Source: Naegleria gruberi (taxonomy: Eukaryota). Taken from it: 64,000 nucleotides of DNA. The stretch is taken from NCBI GenBank assembly GCA_000004985.1, contig GG738907.1. One strand, written 5' to 3'. A model generated the notes under the pieces. It had not been told where the DNA came from. It ran no database searches and saw only the letters and a list, made by a program, of their open reading frames with translations. Each line of letters begins with the position of its first letter. Positions within the stretch are counted from its first letter, which is position 1. Both the position numbers and the translations under genes were made by a program. Shown piece after piece: positions 21,130 through 30,739 of this stretch.

Positions 21130-21372
21130 AGACTATTGTGGACATTTGAAGATTTTAAAAGACATAATATATTTAATAATACAACTGTAATAACAAATCC
21201 ATTTGATTTACTTGTACAAATATTTGGAGAGGAAACAACATTAAAATTAAATTCCAAATATGAAAGTTTTAATACAGATCAAAGTTTCTTCCTTCAAGAT
21301 TCAATTCAAAGATCAAATGTTGAACAAGCAAGACAATTAATTGTATCAAAAAAGTCATCCTTTATTAAATAA
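21130..21372 (+). CDS. same gene, exon 2 (C-terminal)
   Basis: A 79-nt AT-rich intron (21051-21129) ends ..aaaaaag. Exon 2 continues in phase 0 (RLLWTFEDFKRHN...) to TAA at 21370-21372. The ORF-track M at 21136 is a TTG. Confidence 0.6.
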   Translation, partial: RLLWTFEDFKRHNIFNNTTVITNPFDLLVQIFGEETTLKLNSKYESFNTDQSFFLQDSIQRSNVEQARQLIVSKKSSFIK

Positions 21373-21607
21373 ATTATTACAATATTTCTTCTGATCACAT
21401 TATTCCGTGTATGATTTGTGATGATGAATAAATCAATTTAAACGGACTCTTAAATAGTTTGGTGTTGAATCATAATCTGATTTAAATGTTCAACAATATT
21501 ACATTTAATAAACGGAGAGTATTAATTAATAGATATTTTATGATGACTTGATGTATTGACAATGTAAATGTCAATCTGTCATTACATTAAAAAAAACAAT
21601 ACGTTGA

Positions 21608-24600
21608 ATGTCAAAGCTTTTTGGATTAAATTCAACAGCATCAGGTCATTCAAGAGACGAAGAAGAGGATGATCAAAATATTGAAGATTATCAATCATCA
21701 TCATTTAACGTAGATAGAGCAACAACAAGTTATTCAAAACCTATTCAAATTAATAATCAAATGGATAATAATTCATCATCACCTAATTCCTATAATAATA
21801 ATAGTGGTGGTAAACAATTGGGTAATAAACCACCTCCACCACTTCCACCACCTGGTACTTTTACTGATAACATACAAATCAATACCATTAACACCAACAA
21901 CACCAACAACATTAACACCAATCAAAATAATTTATCAAGTTCTCCACAATTTACTTTAGGTAAAAGTTTTGCTAGTCTTCAAAATTCTGAAGCAAGATCA
22001 AGGGCTAGTTTTCAACCATCCATGATGACAAATGTTAAACCAGCAAGAAAAGATACAAATGCTCATAGACTTGTTCATCAAGTATCATCTTCATCATCTG
22101 ATAATAATTTAACAAATAATTTAACAACCAATGATAATGATATAACAAGTAATTTAAAATGGGCTAAAATTGATAGTGGATTATATTTAAATGAAAAGAT
22201 TGAATTAATTTGGAATGATGAAATATTTAATAATAATAATAATAATGAAAATGAATTATTTAATATTTATTTATTTTCATTTACACGTATTATTGGTACT
22301 TATTTTGATCAATTTGGATTACAAAATTTACAATTATTACAACAAGAAGAATCAACTATTAGATTATTAGATAAAATATATGATCAATTATATTCAAGAG
22401 TATATACTATTGTATTTAAAATACCAAATTTAAATATTTTATTACAATATATTAATAATAGAAAAAGTAGAATTTTATATATTTTAAAAACATTTTCAAT
22501 TAATTTAATTTTAAATTCTTTATTATTAGATTTTATTAATTATTATAATGATGGTAATAATTTAAATAATAATATTTTAAATTTATGGTCTTTATTAGAA
22601 CAATCTACTATTATAAATAATAATACAAATAATATTGATACTATTACAAATGATAATACCACTTTAAATCCTCTTTATAATGATATTCAACAACAATCAG
22701 AACAACAATTAGAATCTATTACAAATAATAATATCAATAATAATATCAATAATAATAATAATACTATTAATACAATTAATAATAATGAAAGAAGAAGAAC
22801 ACTTGAATCAGAAGAGAGTGAATCAGATTTAGTATTAGATAAAGAAGATTTTGGAATGGCAGTATTTACAGCAGGTAGAGATGATTTTAGATTATCAACT
22901 GTTTCATCCGATTCATATGATCCAACATCAACTGATTTAACTATTAAATCATCAGTTAATAATAATTATGTATTACCACCACTTCCACCTTCAAACAAAC
23001 CAAAAAGAACCAATGAAATTGACATTACTAATAATACATCATTATCATCATCACCACCACCACCTATTATTCCACAAAACAAACCTCAAAAACCTCAACC
23101 ACCTCAATTCATTCAACCACAACAACAACAACCAATTATTCAACCAATTGTTCAACCATCAACAACTGAATCTGAAAATATACCAAGTGGTATTGGTGGT
23201 AATGGAATGGTTAGACCTCCTAAACCTCAAACTAAACCAAAAATTAATGATAGTACTTCATCCAATAATAATACTACATTATCTTCCAATAATAATAGTA
23301 GTAATAATAATTTATTATCTGTTAATAATACAAGTACAAATACAAGTACAAGTAATACAAGTAGAAATAATAGACATTTAACAGATGATCAAAATAGAAT
23401 GCAAAAAGCCAAATCAGTTTCATTAGATTTTGATAGATTTGGTGGACTTGGTACAACACCACCACATGCAGTTGATAATTTAATTGTAAAGAAAACTAAA
23501 AGAGTTCAAAATAGATCAAAACCAACTGCAACAAGTAAAAATGAAGTTAAAAAAGAATTGGCAAGAGTTGAACAAGATGCTCAAGAAACTTCACTTAATA
23601 ATATTCCAATTATTATTACAAATAATACTACTACAAATAATAATAATACTACTACAAGTAATACAAATAATAATACAAGTACAACAACAGGTAAATCATC
23701 ACCTAGAGATAATAAGAATAGTAGTAAACCAACATCTACTTATATTCCAATTATTACTGGACCAATTCCAATTATGGGAGGTGTACCAATGATGGGAATA
23801 GCAGGTGGTATATTAAAAAAGAAGAATAGTGAAAATCAATTGAAAAAGGATGAAAATATTGATCAATATACTTCAACAAGTAATGTTAGTAGTGGAGTAG
23901 TGGATACAAGTCCACGTACAGGAGGTAATAATACTAGTAAATTTACACCACCTGTTGCACCACCAATTCCAGGTAAGAAACCACCAACCACAACAACATC
24001 CAATTCTAATAGTAGTAGTAGTACTACTAGTTCACCAATTGTTAGTAGTAGGATTGAAAATTCACCACAAGTTAATACTGAACCACCACCACCACAACAA
24101 CCAAAGAGAGCTGTAGCACCACCAATTCCAAGTAATAATAATAATAATAATAACAAACCTCAAACTAAACCACCTCCACCACCAATCAATGAAGAACAAT
24201 CAACTATAGGTAAACAACCACCTCCACCACCACCAGAAGATGAAGAAGAAAATGTTACTACTACTACAAATAATACAAATAATACAAATAATAGACCACC
24301 TATTCCATCAGGATTGAAAAAGACAACAGCTCCTCCACCTCCACCACCAGAAGAAGATGATAATTCACTTCCATCTAAACCATCCAATCCACCACCACCT
24401 ATTAATCCATCTATATTAGAATCAAAACCTAAAAAGACACCACCTCCACCTCCATCATCATCATCTACTGCTGCTACTACTACTGATATGAATGATAGTA
24501 ATAATAGAGGATTGAAAAAGACAACACCACCTCCACCTCCACCACCAGAAGATGATGATGAACAAGATAATCAAACAGCAATAACATCACCATCATCAGT

Positions 24601-25498
24601 GTCAGTAACAAATGATGCTAATAGAAGATTAAGTGTTGCAATTTCACAATCAGTATTATCTGAAATGAGATTAAAGAAAACTCAACAAGATGATACTCAA
24701 TCAAATGATAATACATCATCATCATCAGTTGGAGGAGGAAGTGTTCAACAAGTTGATTTTAGATCTGCATTGAAAAAGAAGGAATCTACAAGTAATTTAA
24801 ATACTTCTGCTACTTCACCAAATACTATTAATACTATTAATACTAATACAAGTAATACAAGTAATAGTGTTAATACTCCTTCAAGTGGTCAAATTGATTT
24901 TAGATCTAATTTAAAAAAGAAAGATCAACCATCTTCTTCTTCTACCACTCAACCATCTTCAATTGATACTACTAAGAGTAATAATAATAATACTATTACT
25001 CCACCACCATCAACAACAACTAGAACTACTACTTCACCTAATACTAATAATAATACAGGAAGTGGTACACAAGTTGATTTTAGATCAAATTTAAAGAAAA
25101 AGACAGAAGATCAATCAAATACTTCACCACCATCTGTTCAAGTTGTACAAGATAAAAAGAATGAAATTCCACCATCAAAACCATCCAATCCACCTCCATC
25201 TACTACTACTGCTACTACTGGTGGTGGAGGAGTTCAACAAGTTGATTTTAGATCTCAACTCAAAAACAAAACATCAAATACTACTACTCCAACTTCTACT
25301 ACTACACCAGTAACAACAACAACACCACCACCTGTTAAATCAACCACAACTACAACACCAGTAACAACAACAACACCACCATCATCTGTATCATCAACAC
25401 CTTCTACTCCAACAAGTGGTGCTGCTGTTACTGCTAATAGTGCTGGTGAAGCTCAACAAGTAGATTTTAGATCAATTTTAAAGAAGAGAAAAGAATAA
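21608..25498 (+). CDS. proline-rich, low-complexity protein with GLKKTT-polyPro motifs and five C-terminal QQVDFRSxLKKK repeats; a putative cytoskeletal/adaptor protein
   Basis: Continuous 1296-codon ATG ORF. It has PPPPLPPPG and polyPro-acidic stretches (GLKKTTPPPPPPPEDDDE three times) and five spaced repeats of (Q)QVDFRS-x-LKKK. The N-terminal 300 aa are non-repetitive. Confidence 0.65.
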   Translation: MSKLFGLNSTASGHSRDEEEDDQNIEDYQSSSFNVDRATTSYSKPIQINNQMDNNSSSPNSYNNNSGGKQLGNKPPPPLPPPGTFTDNIQINTINTNNTNNINTNQNNLSSSPQFTLGKSFASLQNSEARSRASFQPSMMTNVKPARKDTNAHRLVHQVSSSSSDNNLTNNLTTNDNDITSNLKWAKIDSGLYLNEKIELIWNDEIFNNNNNNENELFNIYLFSFTRIIGTYFDQFGLQNLQLLQQEESTIRLLDKIYDQLYSRVYTIVFKIPNLNILLQYINNRKSRILYILKTFSINLILNSLLLDFINYYNDGNNLNNNILNLWSLLEQSTIINNNTNNIDTITNDNTTLNPLYNDIQQQSEQQLESITNNNINNNINNNNNTINTINNNERRRTLESEESESDLVLDKEDFGMAVFTAGRDDFRLSTVSSDSYDPTSTDLTIKSSVNNNYVLPPLPPSNKPKRTNEIDITNNTSLSSSPPPPIIPQNKPQKPQPPQFIQPQQQQPIIQPIVQPSTTESENIPSGIGGNGMVRPPKPQTKPKINDSTSSNNNTTLSSNNNSSNNNLLSVNNTSTNTSTSNTSRNNRHLTDDQNRMQKAKSVSLDFDRFGGLGTTPPHAVDNLIVKKTKRVQNRSKPTATSKNEVKKELARVEQDAQETSLNNIPIIITNNTTTNNNNTTTSNTNNNTSTTTGKSSPRDNKNSSKPTSTYIPIITGPIPIMGGVPMMGIAGGILKKKNSENQLKKDENIDQYTSTSNVSSGVVDTSPRTGGNNTSKFTPPVAPPIPGKKPPTTTTSNSNSSSSTTSSPIVSSRIENSPQVNTEPPPPQQPKRAVAPPIPSNNNNNNNKPQTKPPPPPINEEQSTIGKQPPPPPPEDEEENVTTTTNNTNNTNNRPPIPSGLKKTTAPPPPPPEEDDNSLPSKPSNPPPPINPSILESKPKKTPPPPPSSSSTAATTTDMNDSNNRGLKKTTPPPPPPPEDDDEQDNQTAITSPSSVSVTNDANRRLSVAISQSVLSEMRLKKTQQDDTQSNDNTSSSSVGGGSVQQVDFRSALKKKESTSNLNTSATSPNTINTINTNTSNTSNSVNTPSSGQIDFRSNLKKKDQPSSSSTTQPSSIDTTKSNNNNTITPPPSTTTRTTTSPNTNNNTGSGTQVDFRSNLKKKTEDQSNTSPPSVQVVQDKKNEIPPSKPSNPPPSTTTATTGGGGVQQVDFRSQLKNKTSNTTTPTSTTTPVTTTTPPPVKSTTTTTPVTTTTPPSSVSSTPSTPTSGAAVTANSAGEAQQVDFRSILKKRKE

Positions 25499-25756
25499 TG
25501 TAAAATAAATTGAATTTTATGAAAAGAAAGACCATTGGTACAATAAAACAAACACTTTATTGAATGAATATTTACCTTAATCTCAATTGGTTCTTAACGA
25601 ACATTAAGGTGCTGATGCGTATTTTTTTACCTTAAGAATTCTGGTTTAATAGTATAATATCTGGGTTCTATTCCTATTACCGTTATTAGTTTTTTGAACT
25701 CCTTAACTCAGGTATTAAATGAGAACAATTACCACTTATCTAACTCAAATCGTTTC

Positions 25757-25991
25757 NNNNNNNNNNNNNNNNNNNNNNNNNNNNNNNNNNNNNNNNNNNN
25801 NNNNNNNNNNNNNNNNNNNNNNNNNNNNNNNNNNNNNNNNNNNNNNNNNNNNNNNNNNNNNNNNNNNNNNNNNNNNNNNNNNNNNNNNNNNNNNNNNNNN
25901 NNNNNNNNNNNNNNNNNNNNNNNNNNNNNNNNNNNNNNNNNNNNNNNNNNNNNNNNNNNNNNNNNNNNNNNNNNNNNNNNNNNNNNNNNNN
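25757..25991. other. assembly gap (N-run)
   Basis: 235 N characters. No flank duplication is evident. Confidence 0.95.
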
Positions 25992-27235
25992 TGATTAAAA
26001 TGTTATGTGCATAACTGTGTTCTGGAGATTCAATTTGTTTTAGTTTACAATAAATACCAAAGCTGTCAGGTTGAAAAATCCGCCAACAGTCTTTCTTAGA
26101 CTAAATGAAAAGCATTATGAGAAATATTGATAACTATTAATTGAAAAGATGGATTTGGTTCCACAACATACCATTATTTTTGCAACTCTTAATCTTTGGA
26201 TTATGTTGTATTACTGTCTCATACTCTATTGGGAAGTAATCGCAATTAATTATTGCGCGTTGTGAGTTATCTCTTCTTTGGAGAGTTTATTTCTTCAGTT
26301 TGTTAGGTGAGATATTTCACAACTTGATAAACTTGCGGACGTATAAATTTGAAATTAGTATGCCATACTTAAGTGGGCTCTTTATCAATTTTCTTGCAAG
26401 TAAACTCAATTTGCATTTACGATAATATGAAATCTTTGTGCAAAGTATGATGGCTGTATCGAGTGAGATCTCAGCCAAGACCTAAAACAGAAACTCCACC
26501 AACTTGAAGAAAAGCCATAGAACCCAACAACATACCACCAAGCACAGAAGAATATTACTCATTTAATAATGCAGATGTGGTGTATCAGGTAACAAAAGAA
26601 GAAGAAATGCTACTAAGCATATTGGCATGACAAGTATTGGCTTTGTTTTGTTGCCCGGGCAACTAGGAGTAGTTCGTACGTTTTTAATTTGCTATTTATA
26701 ATAAATATTTTCACACATACATGCTTTATTACAATAATGGGAAAGTATGAGTGAGTGTAGAGTTCAAAAACCATTTATCAAACTAATTAGGGAAGATTCG
26801 TCTGTATCTCAGCAGAAGTTCTGATATTGATTGAGGATTTGATTTTGGTTTGGTAAAAGTACAATTCTTAAAGAGAGTTGTGAATCCAAATAATGGACCA
26901 AGTATTTGTCGTGTTATTTCTTGTTTTGTTTCAATTATGGAGTTTCTGTATGTAGGAACCATTGAATGCAATACTTAATTATAGAATCAAAAAACAAGTC
27001 TATTTGTACAGTACAATAAGAATCATATCCATAAATGAATCTTCTTATCATTGAAAATTAACCATTTTCCAATCCATTTCTCCAACAAAACAAAATTTGC
27101 GCTTCCAGGCTATTGTCTTGTTCAAAAATCAATTTCTCTTAAATTATTACACCTCACTCTTCTTCACGTCATAATTAATTCTAAAACCATGAATAAAGAG
27201 GTTCATTGATCTTAATAATAATAAATTTATTTTTT

Positions 27236-27678
27236 TTAATGATTCCTCTTCCATTGAGCAACTTGATGTTTAATTTGTTCAAAAACTTTTCTAACATCAT
27301 CAGTTGAAGTGGCACAACATTCGTGTATCCAAATTCTTTGTTCATCAAATTTGTTTAAAGATAAAAATTTGTTTCTAATAAATTGAACACTTTCATCATA
27401 ATCTTGTGAACCATTGTAATCTTTAAAACATTGTTCAATACCATGAACTTCAAGTTTCTTTTTAAATATATCAGTCTTATTTAAAACAATAATAATTGGT
27501 GTTTCTTTAAAAAATCCATTACATAAACCTTCAAATACAGTTAATGAATCATCCATTCTATTCAATGAATCATCTTCATACATTTTTAAATCATAATCTG
27601 CTAATGATGATACATATACAACTGCACTAACTCCTTCAAAACAATTTACCCATTTCTTACGTTCACTTCTTTGACCAC
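27236..27678 (-). CDS. heterotrimeric G-protein alpha subunit, exon 2 (switch II to C-terminus)
   Basis: Encodes (G)GQRSERKKWVNCFEGVSAVVYVSSLADYD...VLNKTDIF...CATSTDDVRKVF, the canonical G-alpha G3/G4/G5 boxes. The acceptor is ..tttatag at 27679-27680 after a 100-nt AT-rich intron whose donor is G|GTATGT at 27778. Confidence 0.85.
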
Positions 27679-27778
27679 CTATAAAATTAAAATAAAAATT
27701 AAATAATAATAAAATAATTAAATTAAAATAATAAAATATTAAAATATTAAAATATTAAAATATTTAAAAAAAACATAC

Positions 27779-28429
27779 CAACATCAAATAAACTAAATTT
27801 TAAAGATTCATGATCGAATGAAACTTCAACAATACCAATAGTTTTTTGACGACAATATAATAAATCTTCCTCAGATGGAATGTAATCATTTTTTCTAATT
27901 ATATCTAAACGTTCAAAGAAATATTCAGCACCATCAAAAACATGAACATCATTTCTATTATTTTGAAATACTTTTTGAATAGTTGAATCTTTCCATAATT
28001 GATAAATATCATTAGCAATTTCATCAGTATAAAAATTACGATCACCTCCTTTAACACTTGTTGTTGATGTCATGAATGCTCTATTCTTACTTAATTGTAA
28101 TACACGTTCTGCACATTTACTTAATTCTTCACTTGAGAATTCCAAGTTTAATTCTTTTAATTTTTGACACATTACTGCCATACTTGAAACTACATTGAAA
28201 TGAACTGTATTTTTAACACGACGACGTTCATTCTCTAAAAATGGTCTTGTGATATAATACGAACTTGTTTGAAAAATGTTGATTTACCTGATTCACCTGA
28301 TCCTAATAATAATAATTTTACATCATAATTTCCTGAATTTGGATCAGCATTTTCATTCATTTCATCACCTTCATTATTATTATTTGGATCATTATCATTG
28401 ATACGTTGATTATTCTTACTTTTTACCAT
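27779..28429 (-). CDS. heterotrimeric G-protein alpha subunit, exon 1 (N-terminus, P-loop, helical domain, switch I); contains an apparent 1-nt frameshift near 28236-28240
   Basis: ATG at 28429. P-loop [14 protein letters not shown]; helical domain; [37 protein letters not shown] (RxxTxGI switch I, DVGG). The two ORF-track pieces (28235..28429 and 27747..28181) overlap in different frames, with a T5 homopolymer at the junction. Confidence 0.8.
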
Positions 28430-29596
28430 CTTGATTGGAAGATTGATTATTTGATGATGATGATATGTGAACCATCAGTTTTACCAAAACATAAACCCAT
28501 TATTATTATTTGTTTGTTATTTGTTTGTTATGTGTTTGTTATTGTTATTGTGTTATATTACTTTTTAATAGTACTAATTGTAGTAGTAGTAGTATATTAG
28601 AATAGTGAAATGTAAATAATAGATAATATTATTATTATTCTTGTTGTATACAGAAGATGACACTATTAAAAAAATATTTTTTGACAAGAGATAATTGGAA
28701 AATAGTAAATTTGTTATTGTTGTATCAAAACAAATCACGTTGTTGTAGATAAGGAGGTGGGTACTGCGAGTTTTTGTAGTTTAGTTCACTCTCACAGCAG
28801 GGAGTCGTTCAAAATTTTTTTTTGATGGGAAAGTGATTAATGACAGTTGGAAAATCCACAACAGGCTTGAAAATAGTCTTGTTTGTTTGCGATGGCTAGT
28901 TAATGGAAGAACAACTTCACAAGACACTGAAATTTAGTTTCCCGCTCAAAATTACAAAACATACCAAGGAAAAGACAACGAATCAATTTTATTCAAGAAG
29001 GATTCACCAAAATATATTTACCCACCACATCAAAGACTACTGCAAAGAGGCTATTAGACTTGTTATCCAATCAATAAAAGAATTCTAATTGTGTTGAATA
29101 CATTTGAATATCTCAATCAGATTCCATTTATCAAATGCATTGAATATTATACATTGACATATTCCCAAATGTTTGAAACAAGTAGTGATATCTAATTTAT
29201 TATTTTATAATGATATATCAGTAAATCATCTTTTGATGGTCCATAACATATTCGGTTGAGATATTTCATATTCTTTCCAATTTAGAATAAAAATTAATAG
29301 ATTCAATTTATTTATATGAATTTTAAAAAGTTAGAAAGTTCATTTGACATTAATATGAAAATTCATTAATATATTTTCAATTATTAATTAAATAATATTT
29401 TCCACCAAAATAATTTCAAAAATGAAATAATACACTATTATTAATGTAGTTTTCCTTCTCTTTCCACAATTTCCGAATATGTGATGTGAATGCAACTAGT
29501 GTATTAATGGAATGACATTTTTTTTGAACTAATTACCTTTTCAAAAAAAACAAACAGAATTTAAAAAGCATTTGAATTAAAAAATTTAATAAAAAT

Positions 29597-30331
29597 TTAA
29601 AGAGAATCAATTAAAGAATCCTTCAAATCAGTCACAACACCTTCTGGTTTAGAATCTCTCAAGTTGAAAATGGATTCAACAACAGAAATTTCAGTACTTG
29701 TTGTATTAAGACCACAGAAAGCAGCCCAATCGTTAACGACTAAACCAGCTCCTATCGATTCTGAACCTCTATTTATAGTACCTGCAACGATTGGAACTTG
29801 AAGAAGTTGAGATAATTTGTCTTGTTCTTTAACAGAAGTCTTTGGATGGACAATACCACCTTGATTACTAAAAACGCAATAACTTCCAACAAGTGGATTA
29901 CCATTAATTGTAGTACGGAATGTTTCAACTCCCAATGTATCTTGTATAATTTCTTCTGTATTCTTATCCATATCTTTGTGTATAAGAGCAACATAATCAT
30001 TACAAGCAATACAATTACCAAGAGCAGATAATCTATCTTCAACACGTGTAAGTTTAACAGATTCAGGTAAACAATTTCTCAAGTGCATCAATTCTTGATC
30101 AGTTGTTGTTGATGGAACAACAAGACCCTTCTTATTACCAGCACACAATGTACCAATAATTCTACAGCCTGCAATTGTTGCATAATTGACTGGAATATGA
30201 TCAATAAGTTCAGTTTCAAAGGAAGAATAAAAGTTAGCACTAGTACCTTGAGCAACAAGTGCATAACCATTAGTTAATACGGAAAAGACACCAATATCAC
30301 TGGAGCTTTGGAATTGTGTTCTAGTAGCCAT
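29597..30331 (-). CDS. eif6: eukaryotic translation initiation factor 6 (eIF6)
   Basis: Single-exon 244-aa ORF. By eye it is nearly colinear and more than 60% identical to eIF6 (MATRTQFxxSxxIGVFSxLTN...LSALGN..CNDYVAL.H.D.D..TEE...D.LGVE.FR.TI.GN.LVGSY...NQGG.VHP.TSV...LS.LLQVP.VAGT.NRGS). Its C-ending codon bias is typical of a highly expressed gene. Confidence 0.95.
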   Translation of the reverse strand: MATRTQFQSSSDIGVFSVLTNGYALVAQGTSANFYSSFETELIDHIPVNYATIAGCRIIGTLCAGNKKGLVVPSTTTDQELMHLRNCLPESVKLTRVEDRLSALGNCIACNDYVALIHKDMDKNTEEIIQDTLGVETFRTTINGNPLVGSYCVFSNQGGIVHPKTSVKEQDKLSQLLQVPIVAGTINRGSESIGAGLVVNDWAAFCGLNTTSTEISVVESIFNLRDSKPEGVVTDLKDSLIDSL

Positions 30332-30739
30332 TTTATATTATTTGTTATATGTTATTATTATTTATAAAGATTTTGTGTCAGAGAGGCTTTCTTCGGAAAA
30401 GTTAAAAGGAAGGAGGGTTGTTGATGATTGGTGTGATGAATATTTTTTTGAAACGCAAAAATAATTATTTTTAATTGCAATTCATCCTCACACTGATAGG
30501 CTTGTTCAAAATCATGCTTGAAGTTTATTCTGGGATTGTGTGATAGGGAGTTGTCAATATGCTGATGGTGCCTAGCTTGAATTTTAACAAGGGTGTTGGA
30601 TGATATTGTTTTTATGACACTATGAAAAGATCTCTCCGAGTTGATGATGAGTAACAATTTCAATCTCATAATGAACAAATAAACAGTTACATTAACAATA
30701 TATATTTAATATTAAATATTATTATTTATTGTTACAAAA

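Noticed and set aside
28180-28240. Candidate 53-nt intron GTAAAT..TTTTTAG inside G-alpha exon 1
   Set aside because: It would splice out the GKST residues of the P-loop, which are indispensable for any G-alpha. A one-base correction gives a perfect colinear protein instead.
30358-30678. 106-codon ORF in the eIF6 upstream region
   Set aside because: It has no ATG context, no low-complexity or codon-bias features of local genes, and lies in GC-rich non-coding-looking DNA. I treat it as part of a possible ncRNA or promoter finding instead.
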